From Eledone cirrhosa (lineage: Eukaryota), in assembly GCA_964016885.1 (NCBI GenBank), contig OZ024742.1, positions 208,692,001 through 208,756,000 on the forward strand: a DNA stretch of 64,000 nt. The letters are read 5' to 3'. Shown here one piece after another: positions 24,929 through 37,113 of the stretch. Made by a program: the position numbers and the translations under genes. The first letter of the stretch is position 1. Every line of letters starts with the position of its first letter. The notes under the pieces are model-generated. The model did no database searches. It had not been told where the DNA came from and saw only the letters and a program-made list of their open reading frames with translations.

Positions 24929-25467
24929 CAGGTACACATACATATATGCACGTATCAGTTTAGCGGACGCTTATTATAACTCCGCTTTGTTCGTTTGTAA
25001 ACAAACTGAACAGCCTGAATGTTTATGCCGTACGGTGTTAAGGCAACCACGTCACCTTTTTGTTCAACACTGACACAGGAACGATGTACTAGTTTCAAGC
25101 TTGTTAGCTATCATCAGCACCGTATACCCATCTGCCAGATAGTTGAACATTCGAAAGTATATACTTTCCTTATGAAAATTAACGGCTGAGCAGCCTAATT
25201 TGCATATCGAGTGAGCTAAGTCGGTCAGGCATACCTGTGTCAGTGTTGAACAAAAAGGTGACGTGGTTGCCTCAACACCGTACGGCATAAAAATTCAGGC
25301 TGTTCAGTTTGTTTACAAACGAAGAAAGCGGCGTTATAATAAGCGTCCGCTAAACTGATACGTGCATATATGTATGTGTACCTGTATGTATATATATATA
25401 TATATATATGCATGCTACTGTACGTCTGTATACATATATGTATGAACGTATACACACATACTTACAT
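24802..25467. repeat. Long inverted repeat (arms 24802-25079 and 25234-25467) with a hammerhead in the spacer
   Basis: Arms are near reverse complements and differ mainly in internal (TA)n length. Confidence 0.9.
25081..25123 (-). ncRNA. Minimal type I hammerhead ribozyme
   Basis: acggtg CTGATGA t agct aaca agct t GAAA ctag TA catcgt; 6-bp stem I, palindromic stem III. Confidence 0.75.
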
Positions 25468-25577
25468 ATATATATATATATTTATATATATTATATATAT
25501 ATATATATTTGTATATGTCCCAAGGCACTGATACCATCAACACTATAAACACAGAGAGCTGGCATATCTAAGGACTG

Positions 25578-25633
25578 ACTGCCTGATGAGGTCATAGCCA
25601 TTCAATGGCTATCATCGAAATATATATAGCAGT
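25578..25633 (+). ncRNA. Minimal type I hammerhead ribozyme
   Basis: actgc CTGATGA ggtc-atagcca ttcaa tggctat-catc GAAA tatata TA gcagt. Confidence 0.75.
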
Positions 25634-25674
25634 AAATAAAGAATTATGAGTTCATGCAATTGACTTATGTTTCG

Positions 25675-25736
<62 letters not shown>

Positions 25737-25741
<5 letters not shown>

Positions 25742-28700
25742 TAAAATAACAGATTAAAGTTTAAGCAAAGAATCGCTGCTTTCACCCTTAACGGGATCTT
25801 CTGAAACTAACAAAGTCAATCTGTAAACGCAGAACTGGATATTTCAAAAATCGTTGCAACCGGAGGAAGGCAGGAAGACGATACTTTGGTTCGTGGAAAC
25901 GTTCGCTGGCAAAGAACGGGAAAAAACGAGATATACGTCATTAATAGGAGCGGTGAAAAACAATTACGCGCAAAGACAGAACCACGCTTAGGTATAAAAG
26001 AGATCGTAGACTAATGTTCTCTTAGGTGGTGCATAGAGACGTTCTCTGGCAATGAACGAAAAAACGAAGATAATAAGTCATATGTGGAGCGTGGAGAACA
26101 ATAGTACGCAAAGACAAAACCACGTAAATGGTATAGCAGAAGTCGTAGACTAAAATTCTAACTAGGAGACCAAATGAATCTCCGCTACAGAGTTAATAAC
26201 AAAGTAAATAAATACAATACAGAAGTAATAGAAATAAATAAATGCATACACGCAAACAAATACGTACATACACAAGCATACGCAAAACCTTACCATAGGT
26301 ATACAACCACGCACATATAAATATGTGTGTGTGTGTGTATGCTTGTGTACAAATAAATAAATAATTATATAAACGTATATAAGTAAATAAATACGTATAT
26401 AACAAGCGTACACACATACCTACATATAAATACACGAATGTTCGGAGACGAAAGTCAACTAAAACAAGAAGTACACATATACACACACCCACCATACGTA
26501 CGAACCTGCATACTCACGCAGACGCAACACTCCCGTATACACATAGCCAAACCCTAAATACCAGAATATATAAAAATGATACGCCATAACAATCAAATAT
26601 ACGTACGAGAAGGTATACATACCTTCACAAAACATACGGGTAATATATACTTACCTATGCAAATAAGTAAAGGAATAAACAAAACATATACTTAGCTCCC
26701 ACATCAAGACGTAAAATATCCACGTATAGATCGTACTATCCGTTAGGGTATAACGTGGGGCTGTAATACAGGAAAGTATTGTGCAATTTATGTTTACAAG
26801 CTTAAATTGACTCAGATTTTTTGTTTCAGATGTGGTCTGTGGCGTAGAGTATTTCCAGGGCCTCAGCGGCGCAGAGGTCACATGGTCTTTTATTTCCGTT
26901 ATACGATCTAGCCCTAGCTAGGATCTCCTAGTGTAACTTATATTGGGTGTGGTTGTCTTTTAGACTCCAGATATAAGCTGAAAGTGACGTCATATTCCTT
27001 CTTAGAGGGTAAAGAAAAGAATGGGTATGCATGTAAAGACGCTGCTTGAAACTATTGGCGGTTAACCCTATGTAGGCCCTACGTGGGTGTTACAACCTTA
27101 CATTTGTAGACAATGTTACTAGAGAGGCATTTCCCGGATAGGGGGCAATCAGCCCGATTCCTACAATTACAGTTAGTACTAACTACAGGGTTGCACGTGT
27201 TCCTACAGCTAGGTAGTTTAGCTAAATTTGAAGCTGTGATGTTATGTGCAAGGTTAGGAGCCGTAGAGTAAGAAATTTTAATAGTATTTCTATTAAAAAT
27301 GTTACTATATTTATGTGTAGGGGGAAAATGCTTCGTAGTAAGGGAAAGAAAGATCTTAGCTAAAGGTGTGGCCACCTCCATATTTTATGGTGGGTTAAAC
27401 CAACAAATGCGACGGGATCTATTTCTTCTAGGTCTATTTTCGTACTCTGTATATGCTACCTTATCGACAAATCCACTTCGAGCAAGAGCTTCATTGTAAT
27501 AAGTGGAATGGTCGTTGAAAATGCGCTCGTTGATGGAAAGACGGGAAAGCCTCAAAGAAACATTTCTTACCAGGTTCTTGGTTATGCTGGCAGGATGGTT
27601 GGAATGCTTACTTATGTAACTAAGCGTATCATTCGGCTTTCTATACGGGTAATACAACCCATTCAATAAATTGAGGGTAACGTCGAGGTAATTAACGACC
27701 GAGAGATTGGTCTCAACCTGTATAGAGAGGTTGAAGCCTTTAAAGAAGGCTGTGAGTTCTTTTCTGAACCTGTCGCAAGCACGAGGGCCGCACTTAGTCA
27801 TGGTCAAAAGACCATCGTCACGGTACAAACCACCGCCCGCGTTGGGGAATTCGTCCTTGATAGAGAAAAGAAGGAAAAGGCCAATAAGATCAGTAACCTC
27901 CGCAGAGTCACTGGCGCCCATACTCACGTCGAATGGGGTACTATTGGATTTTTTAATCCAAATAGAGTCGTCGAAATTAATCACCGTCTTTCGGGCATTA
28001 AGGATGACATCAACTTCGAAATCCTTAACCACTGTGAGTGTTTTAGCGAAATTGATAGCTCTAAGGAGAAGTGGTAAAGTGATGGAGGAGTAGTAATTGT
28101 TGATGTCGAATTGGATAAAACGGCAATGTTCCTTGTTACATATGCCATTGAACCAATCAATCACCGCGAAAGAATTGTTCCACAGTGCGAGAGGGGTCAA
28201 ACTTCTAATTTCAGGTATAATTCTATCAAAAATCGTTTTACTAAGTCTACCTAAATCGGACTTCGTAGGGTTAATAAGCCGAATAGAGGGGTTGTTCGGA
28301 AAATTGGATTTGTGATCCTTCAGGGTAAAGTGGGGAGAAAAATGGTCCAGAGGTTCAGTCCGGTCCAGGATGTTGAGATCAGATGTGATTTTAAACCCAG
28401 CATCGTTGATTTCATTGATGACGCGCCGATTAGTTTTACGGTAATCCTTAGTTACAGCATTATGTAGTAGTTGATGGTAAGTACTGCGCTCCACTTGATA
28501 TAGGTTGCCAGTTTTGTCGGAATGGACGTGCACGGCGTTAGAATCCTTAATATAACGAATTCTATTCTTCAGGTCTTGCTGGAAGGAATTGCTCCTATTC
28601 CGAAATTTGATACTTCGAATGAGTTCCAAGACATCATTTTCGAAGGGTAGCAATGCTGGGTTCCACGGGGGGTTATTATAGGTTTTAAATCCAAATTTAT

Positions 28701-29186
28701 CCTGTTTGTTGTCTGCTTTTCGCGGATTATCGAAATAAAAGGCACACCAACGCAACCTTTTAATGAACGCGTCTGTTTTCTGTATCAGGAGTTTTAGGTA
28801 TGTTTTCCTGCTTGGTACGGGTATGTTCTTTGTAGAAATATTCAGATGTTGTTTCTGCATGATGAATATAAGTCAGTAGAGTGCTCAACCGAGGGAGCCA
28901 AATAGTAATAATAATAAAATTGAAGACTAAAATCCAAAGAGGGCTCGATAAGGATAAATATATATCAAATATATAAGAATCGTAGAGCAAATATTTATTA
29001 AAATAACAGATTAAAGTTTAAGCAAAGAATCGCTGCTTTCACCCTTAACGGGATCTTCTGAAACTAACAAAGTCAATCTGTAAACACAGAACTGGATATT
29101 TCAAAAAACGTTGCAACCGGAGGAAGACAGGAAGACGATACTTTGGTTCGTGGAAACGTTCGCTGGCAAAGAACGGGATAAAACGA
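25737..29186 (-). mobile_element. Penelope-like element (probably Hydra clade) with ~190-bp pseudo-LTR direct repeats
   Basis: Direct repeats 25737-25928 and 28991-29186; RT + CxCx5CP linker + GIY-YIG; 3' end abuts (TA)n 25679-25736. Confidence 0.85.
26790..28860 (-). pseudogene. PLE RT / GIY-YIG polyprotein, RT region open, endonuclease disrupted
   Basis: 491-aa ORF with HSDKTGN, RLINP, FDINNYYSSI, MGASDSAE, GLYRDDGL, WFNPP; after a stop: CNCRNRADCP, IVYKC, then frameshifted YIG..FKQR and CDLC. Confidence 0.85.
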
Positions 29187-29189
29187 ATA

Positions 29190-29570
29190 ATGCCCTTTAC
29201 AAAATAATTGCCTTGATAAAAATCTAGTATATAAATGTACCATTAATGCAAATGATAATATATATAACTACATAGGTGCCACTTCATCTAAATTTAAGGA
29301 AGTTGGTATAATCACTGCCATACTTTCAACAGACCGGATAAAACATTGTCAACTTCACTTTCACAATTAGTATGGTATTTAAAGGACAATAACATTAAAT
29401 AGTCCATCTCTTGGAGGAAATTACGAAATGCTACACCCTACTGGAACTCAGCAATCTCAGAACTTTGCCATCTTTCCAATAAATAGATTCTTCACATAAT
29501 CACAAACTATGACAATTTAATCAACAAAACAAAATTAATTATTTAATTTGCTGTCATCATAAAGTTGGTA
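29190..29570 (+). mobile_element. PLE GIY-YIG endonuclease remnant
   Basis: Manual translation CPLQNNCLDKNLVYKC..NYIGATSSKFK. Confidence 0.65.
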
Positions 29571-29938
29571 AAACTTTCCAGGCAATGTACCAGTTCCAAA
29601 AAAATAAGAACAAATAACAACTTAAATATATGTAAATTTTGCCTAATTGAAGTAATAATTTATAGATGTTTATATGTAATAGAATAACATCATTGAATTT
29701 TTTTTTTATCCTATGATTTGATTAGGATAGTTCAGTATTTAATTAGACATCAATTAGGATATATACAATAGATAGTTTAAGGTTCTTAAAATATCGCTGG
29801 ACGTGAGAGAAGAGATTCCCTATAAGTTAAAAAATGCTTTTACATTGTAAATGAATTATCTTCCTTTTATTTACATTGTCCGTAATTTTTTTTTGATTAG
29901 CTTGAAAAACATATATAAAATATGGATTAATAAATAAT

Positions 29939-30120
29939 TGTTTCTACTTTTGGCACAAGGCCAGCAATTACCCAGTACATTACTGGTACTTTATGTTATC
30001 GACCCCGTAAGGATGAAAGGCAAAGTTAACCTCAGCAGGATTTGAACTCTGAATGGAAAGGGACGTCACTACGCTGGAAAGCATGTCTGACCCTCTACCG
30101 ATACTGCCAATTCACCGCCC
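29939..30120 (-). mobile_element. Full-length tRNA-derived SINE with 18-bp TSD
   Basis: TSD TATGGATTAATAAATAAT at 29921-29938 and 30121-30138. Confidence 0.9.
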
Positions 30121-30632
30121 TATGGATTAATAAATAATGATTAATAGTTAAATAATACATAGATTATCATTAAAAGGAAACTATATATATCAGAATAATT
30201 AAATACAGAAGTAAATATAACCAATCATTAAATGAAATAAAATTTATAGAGAGTAAATATAACCACAGTTGGATTCTAAGAAATAAATGAAAATTAAAAA
30301 ATAACGAAGTTTCACAAAAAGTGAATTTTGAAATTTTAAATTTAATTTAGATAATAAATGAACAAAATATATTATATATATTGATGGGGATGTATGCATG
30401 TTATATTTTAATACATATTTAATAATCATTTAATTAGGCTTTAAAGATAAATTCTTTTAAAGTTGTAGTATAATATTAATAGAATATCTTACCTTATAAT
30501 AAAAAATTATAATAATCTAGAATGAGCTAAATTAAATTAAATTAATTTAAACATATAAATTGTAATTAACTTAAATATTTGATTGCCATAGAAAGTAATC
30601 TATGCCTAATAATTTGGATACAATATACTCTT

Positions 30633-31421
30633 ATCTATATATCTAAAACAGAGAATGTCTGTCTGTCTGTCAGTCTGTCCGATCACTAAAACTCGAGAAC
30701 CACCCAACACATTGTTTTCAACCTTTACACATGTAATACTTAGGGTCCTGTGAGTGTTTTGAGCAAAAAATATTTCAAATTGTCAATGCCGTAGGGACCG
30801 CATTAGGCGATTTAGCGATCTCTCTGTCTGTCTTAGTCTTTCTCTTTTTAGATAGATACATAGATATAACGTTCCGCCCTTATAATATCTGTCTGTATGC
30901 CTGGCTGAATTGGCAGAATCAGTAGAGCGTCAGACGCCATGCTGTACGGTATAGAGTTATGGCCCTTTACGTTCTGAGTCCAAATCCCGCCCAGGTTAAC
31001 TTTGCCTTTCACCCTTACGAGGTCGATAAAATAAAGTACCAGTAATACACTGTGATAATTGCTGGCCTTGTGTCAAAAGTAGAAACAATTATGACGTAGC
31101 TGTGTGTGTATGTATATATATACATAGTGTGGGTGTAACATTTTTCGAAATATTTACTTCTCCGTTCACAGATTGATTTTTTTATTTTAGTTTCAGAAGA
31201 TACCGTTAAGGGTGAAAACAGCGATTCTTTGCTTAAACTTTAATCTGTTATTTATATATATATATATATATAATTATATATTCGTGTACAGATATGTTTG
31301 CAGACGCAATAGCAAAATATAAACAAACGTATTTATTTCACGAGGCCGTTAAGGATAAATATATTTCAAATATGTAAGAACCCTAGAGCAAATCCCGAGC
31401 AACGCTGGTCCATTCTGTTAG
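30633..31421 (+). mobile_element. Non-autonomous Helitron-like element with nested SINE and PLE pLTR pieces
   Basis: TCTATATAT..(GTCT)n 5' end; CCCGAGCAACGC subterminal motif like 57157-57172; 31140-31253 and 31349-31392 match PLE terminal sequence. Confidence 0.6.
30903..31087 (+). mobile_element. tRNA-derived SINE
   Basis: Same family; tail GGCCTTGTGTCAAAAGTAGAAACA-ATTAT. Confidence 0.85.
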
Positions 31422-31666
31422 CAATTAACTAAAGCGTAATCCAATACAAGCGATATTTACTGATAAATATGAAAACATTTCTAATTTCTAATGTTGTCTA
31501 ACATTTGAATACAACGGTTTTTTATTCTCCCCTCTATTTTACCATATCCTTTTCCTCTTCTACGTTTTTCTTTATTCCCCTTCTTTTTTTTCTTTTTTTT
31601 TCTCCCTGCGTCTTCCCTTTCTTCTGTTTCATTCCCCTTTTTTCTCTTACATCTTCTTTTCTTCTT

Positions 31667-31697
<31 letters not shown>

Positions 31698-31883
31698 TTT
31701 GTTTATTTCTGTTCCTTTCCTTTGCATCCCCCTTCTATATTTCTACCTTGCTCTACGCCCTCGTCTTCTCTAAGTTTATCATATTATTTGTGATATAAAA
31801 ACGTTGAGGGTTGGTGAAATAAATCACTGCCACCATTGGAATTGAATAATCAAAACCGCAGCGGTATGTCGCATATCCAATCT

Positions 31884-31950
31884 TATATTTTGTCTGATGA
31901 AAACGTACTTAAACACCATTTTACCTTTGAAATATGTATAATAAAATATG
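31884..31950 (+). ncRNA. Type I hammerhead ribozyme
   Basis: tatattttgt CTGATGA aaacgta..taccttt GAAA tatgta TA ataaaatatg; 10-bp stem I; about 44 nt before (TA)n. Confidence 0.6.
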
Positions 31951-31989
31951 TTTTGATTATGAGAATACTTTTCATTTATTAATATTTTG

Positions 31990-32137
<148 letters not shown>

Positions 32138-32424
32138 AAGGAAAAAAGATGAAATCGAAAATGCAACTGGAGTCTTTTTTTTTTTAAATATATATTTATT
32201 TGGTTTCTTTACCGGTTTCGCAGTTTTTCTGCTTTTCAAAAGTAGAATTGAGATGGAATGTCTGTGGTTTTTCTCACAGAGATGTGAGAAAAACCACAGA
32301 GCCTCCGAATCAATTCTACTTTTGAAAAGCAGAAAAACTGCGAAACCGGTAAAGGAACCAAATAAATATATATTTAAAAAAAAAAAGACTCCAGTTGCAT
32401 TTTCGATTTCATCTATTTTCCTTA
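32138..32424. repeat. Near-perfect palindrome (~140-bp arms, 4-nt loop) with mirrored variant hammerheads
   Basis: Centre ttctcaca gaga tgtgagaa; HHR-like motifs at 32207-32242 (-) and 32319-32354 (+). Confidence 0.9.
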
Positions 32425-32502
32425 CACTTTCACTCGTGTAGCACACCTCGGTTATTTTTTCATTTTGTTAAAAAAAACCTTACTTTCTTATATATATATA
32501 TA

Positions 32503-32885
32503 TATTGACCTGCGTGCATATTATTTTATCTTTTTATGTTTTGCGATGACCTCCCCTTTCCGCTTGGTGACGGTGTGAGATTTCTCTTGAATTGGCCAGA
32601 GGTGAAAATTTCCAGATATTTTTAGGTAAGACTTTCATTATTTATTCTTTGTATGAAATATTGATTGTTTTTCCAGCATCTTGTCTCTGTTTTTAGCCTG
32701 AGAAAATACCTATATGCATGTATAAATAATACATGCATATATATATTTTTTTATATCCAATTGAGTTCTTCACGCATGGTTAACATTCTTGACAGAATTA
32801 ATTGACCTGCGTGCATATTATTTTATCTTTTTATGTTTTGCGATGACCTTCCCTTCCCGCTTGGTGACGGTGTGAGATTTCTCTT
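32503..32885. repeat. ~85-bp direct repeat pair next to (TA)n
   Basis: attgacctgcgtgcatatt..gagatttctctt at about 32504 and 32800. Confidence 0.75.
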
Positions 32886-33291
32886 TGTGAGACTGCTGGA
32901 ATTTCAAAGTTCGCGGTCGCGCTAACACTGACGGGTACCATCGCTGAATGCTAATATTGGTAGGGCTTTTTTTATATCGATATAGTTGGGCATCCACTGA
33001 TGATTTATATGTGCCCACCTGCATATATTCCTATGGACTATGTGTAGGCTTCTACATAACCTGGACATTATTTTCCCAACTTGTAGAAAACTTATAATGA
33101 AACGATCGTTTGGAAAGTGGGATGTATTTAATTATGTCTATATATAAAATAATACAACTGGCTATCCGCAAAATACGTATAGATAACACCCCAAACGTAT
33201 AATTGGGATTATACTAAGGTATATCCTAATGTTTGTTGAGTGAGACGGAAGTCGGTCGGAGTATTGCTTAAAGCTTTCTCTCTTAATGTAT

Positions 33292-33323
<32 letters not shown>

Positions 33324-34094
33324 CTAGCAGAGGTAACCGGCGTTGCTCAGGTATTAAATAGCAGTTATGTATACCATTTATGTCAATACTTCAGTGCTGC
33401 TTCGAAAACGATACTTTTACAAAATCATCGGCTTTTTCCCAAAGGGGCTTCCTTCCCCCAGGGTTCCGTTACTCAATATGTGATAATTCACATTTATCTG
33501 TAGAACAAACGTAGCCCATGTGTAAAGTTTTTTGAAAATCGGTTGAGAACTCCAAAAGTTGCGACGTTTTGTTGCATTGCACTGCAGTGCTTCAGTCGAC
33601 TCCAAGGAAGCAGTTGAAGGGGGTTATCTGCTGGGCGGCCCTATAATCAATATCTAGAAAAATGAAAGTACCCATGACCATCCGGAGTACATAAGTAACC
33701 TATGTCTTAAGTTTGGTAAAACTAATGGAGTTAGTGAGGGAATAGTGGTGGTAGCGATGATTCAGTGGTTGCTGTGGTGATGGGATAGTAGTACTATAGT
33801 GATGGTGTTGCTGCAGCCGTTGGTTTGTATTTGGCTAGATTTTTTCTGGTAGTAGTGATGGTGGCGGCTGCGGTGGTGGTGTTGGTGGTAAAATTATTTG
33901 TCTGTTGCTTGTAACCATTTTATTTTTTAACTATAACATTTCTGATACAAAATTAATTATTAAATATTGGAGCCCTATGCCATAATGTGATACGTTGTCA
34001 CTTCCATTTGTAATAAGAATTATTCTATCACAATTGTTTTAAATATGTAAAAAATCAAAAATCTAACACTCTATCCACCATGTGCGTAACTTCC
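33324..34094 (-). mobile_element. Non-autonomous Helitron-like repeat 'X'
   Basis: Minus-strand 3' end CCTGAGCAACGCCGG..CTAG|T; 5' part homologous to 8793-9810. Confidence 0.6.
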
Positions 34095-34127
34095 ATATTC
34101 TTCTTATTATTCTTATTATTATTATAT

Positions 34128-34856
34128 TTGCATTTATCTTGCTTTATATTCATACAATTTATCACCAAGTCACAACCAGTGACCTCAAGAGACTACAAGG
34201 TCCGCCATGTTCAAGAAAAAACACGCATACACACACATGCATCTTTAGGTGTTTAGACTTGTGATGTATTTATATTGACAGAATCTTCCTTAGTATATGG
34301 GCAGTTCCCATTAGTACTAACTTTTGTGTTTCTCCTATACGCGGGTTTCCAGGGATTTGCGATAAGTAATCATTAGACCCCTTAGGTATCATTCCTAGAG
34401 TACCTACAATCACTGGTATTGTTTCAGATCTCAATTTCCATATTTTTCCATTTTCTATCTCCAGGTCCTTACACTTGCTCAATTTTTCAAATGTTTTTAT
34501 AGATACATTCTTGTCTATTGGAACGGACATATCAATTAGCAGGCATACCCTCTTTTTAAAGGCCTTCAGTATTATATCAGGTATATTTGCATCTATTTTT
34601 CGGTCTGTTTGGATGCTAAAGTTCCACAAGATTGATGTGAGCTTTTTCAAGTACGGGAGGTGGTTGATGCTCCCACCAATTCTTTTGATGAGGCAGGGCA
34701 AAATGCTTACACATTATCCAATGTATGTGTTGTACAGCCCTGTCGTGCCTGTTTAGCTATTCGGTTGGAGCTATAGGACTGCACATTGAAATGATATGAT
34801 CAATGGTCTCTGGTTGTTTTTTACATACACGGCATAATGGGCTGCATCCATTTTTT
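34128..34856 (-). mobile_element. R4/Dong subfamily B, 5'-truncated
   Basis: ORF 34270-34701 PDIILK..LIDMSVP..EK..DL; CCHC remnant; (ATT)n on both sides. Confidence 0.9.
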
Positions 34857-34898
34857 GTTTTTTATTATTATTTATGATTATTATTATTATTATTACAG

Positions 34899-34936
34899 TT
34901 GCATTTATCTTGCTATATGTTCATACGAGTTATCAC
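34899..34936 (-). mobile_element. 38-bp extreme 3' end of Dong subfamily B
   Basis: ttgcatttatcttgctatatgttcatacgagttatcac matches about 43924-43961; between two (ATT)n tracts. Confidence 0.75.
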
Positions 34937-35174
34937 TTATTATTATTATTATTATTATTATTGACGAAAGTGGATGTACGTTTTTTGAAGCTCCGTGAGT
35001 AAGCAATTTTTTGAGGATTAATTGTAGAGAATTGTTTATTTTTTGTACCGCTGAAGCATTATAAGACATTAATTTGTATCCTGTGAAGGAATAACTCATA
35101 ATATTTGGGCCTTTTGGCCCAAATATTTGAACTTTATTTTGAAAAAAAATAATAATTTTTTTTCTCAAAAAAAC

Positions 35175-37084
35175 ATGGCGGAGCCACGCCCCCTAGAGGC
35201 GGGTCTGCTGTCGTGCAACGGCGACTTGAGCGTTGAGAGGAGAGGTGAGGCGAGGAGCGCCACCAGCACGAATGTGAGCAGCGACAGTGCCAGCACCAAC
35301 GGGCCGAGCGGCGCGGAAGGTGGTAACAGCGACAACACCAACACCAACAAGCCGAACAGCGCAGAAGGTGGTAATAGCGAGAGCACCAACAAAACGAACA
35401 GCACAGAGAGTAATAGTAGCGACAGCAGCAGCACCAACAAGGCCAACAGCACAGAAGGTAACCACGACGCAGGGGAGAACAACAACAGCAATAGCAGCAG
35501 CAACACCAACAAGAACAACAACAGTGACAACACCAACAAGAACACTTTCGCTGCTGTGGCAGCGGCTAAAAGGAGACCATGCTACAGCATCGACTTAACC
35601 AACAGAGAGGAAAAGTTGGCCCAGGCCTGGAAAATCATAAATCAAGAGCAGACCTGGGCAAACTTAACTGTCCCGGCAGAAGCCACTGAGGCAGTGGAAA
35701 AAAGAACGGTGCATTTCAGATGCATCTCAGTAGAGACAAAGAGGGCAGCGATAATCGCCCAAGCTGACATAGAAGCCGCACTGAAATACATCAGAGAGGA
35801 CACAGACTTCATAGAGAGGGGCAGGCAATACGGCACCGTTTCGGTGCTGTTCAAGTCTGAAGCCCTCGCTGTGAAGCATTCAATGACCCCTTGCAAAACC
35901 AGCAAGGTCATAATGTACCCCTCCCACATGGGAAAACGAATAGCACGTGTGCGCATTCCCAGGATTCCACCAGGACTTGATATGTGGTGGCTCCTGGGCT
36001 GCGTAATCGTGGAAGGAACGGATACAGTCCCGGTAGAGGCAACGAGAACTGCCAGGGACGACTGGTCCGGGGTTGATCTGGAGATACTGCTCCAAATCAG
36101 ACCCGAAAACGTAAAAACAATCCCGGACCACATCCGCCTCCAAAACGGGAGGGTGTTGCATATAATGACTGAGGGCAAAAGGCCGCATTGTTTCCTTTGT
36201 GGGGAAACGACACACTTGCGAGCCTTCTGCCCTCAACTGCCGAAAAGCGCAAGGGGTCGAAAGATTCCACTGCTGGCGACGCCGGGACAAGGACCACCAG
36301 CAACACCGTCAACAATGGAACCACCAAAATTGCACACCCAGGGGGGAAACGAGGAAAGCTCTCCCATTCCCCCCCCCCCCAAATACACACACGAACAAGA
36401 ACATAAACACTCACTCAGACACAAACACGCTCACAGCCACAGACCCCTCATCCTCCAGCAGTGAAGATGAGGGAAAACCAAAGTCCCCCAAAATACAAAA
36501 AACAAAACACAAAAAAAAAAGAAATCCACAAAGCACAAACACCCCCACAAAAAAAAAATACACACACCACCCACACAAACATTTTCCCCACAGCATCACC
36601 AACACAACCACCAAAATCCCCCAAACGCAAACAAGCTAAACAGACACAAGAACAAATAGACACACAAACATCAGAAACTACAGACACCCCACCCACAACA
36701 AACGCAGACACAATAGAAACAACACTAACAAAGCTATCACCACCACAATCACACGAACAAATAAAACCCGAGCAACAAAACATTAAAAACTTCGTGCTTG
36801 CCAGAAGGGCCAACAAGGAATTGATGGCCCATGTAGCACGAAGCACAAACATCGAAAAAGACGGGGAAACATTTGAAGCGAGCACATTTCGCGTACCAGA
36901 TAATTTGCTTCTGATGCGAATGTCGCTCGCTTCATACAAAGAAATTCGAAAGAGCTTTCCTCGGGATGTGGGAACCCCGAACGTAAAACCCACGTCAAGA
37001 CTATTAAAGGGGTTCCCAAAAGAAACCCCACAAACCATGGAGGTCGAACCACCCGACCTTCACAAGACCCCGGAAGGTAAGTAA
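35175..37084 (+). CDS. Tx1 ORF1 (gag-like, zinc knuckle) with two homopolymer frameshifts
   Basis: ATG 35175; CFLCGETTHLRAFC (CX2CX4HX4C); frame changes near the C run 36369-36380 and the A run 36549-36558. Confidence 0.75.
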
Positions 37085-37113
37085 ACCTTTCCTCTCCCAT
37101 TCATCCTGCCAGC

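Noticed and set aside
26790-28860. Selenocysteine-recoded (Naiad-type) PLE
   Set aside because: The endonuclease is C-terminal, the main stops are TAA/TAG, and frameshifts are present
36369-36560. Programmed frameshifting in Tx1 ORF1
   Set aside because: Both shifts fall at long homopolymers, so slippage or sequencing error is more likely
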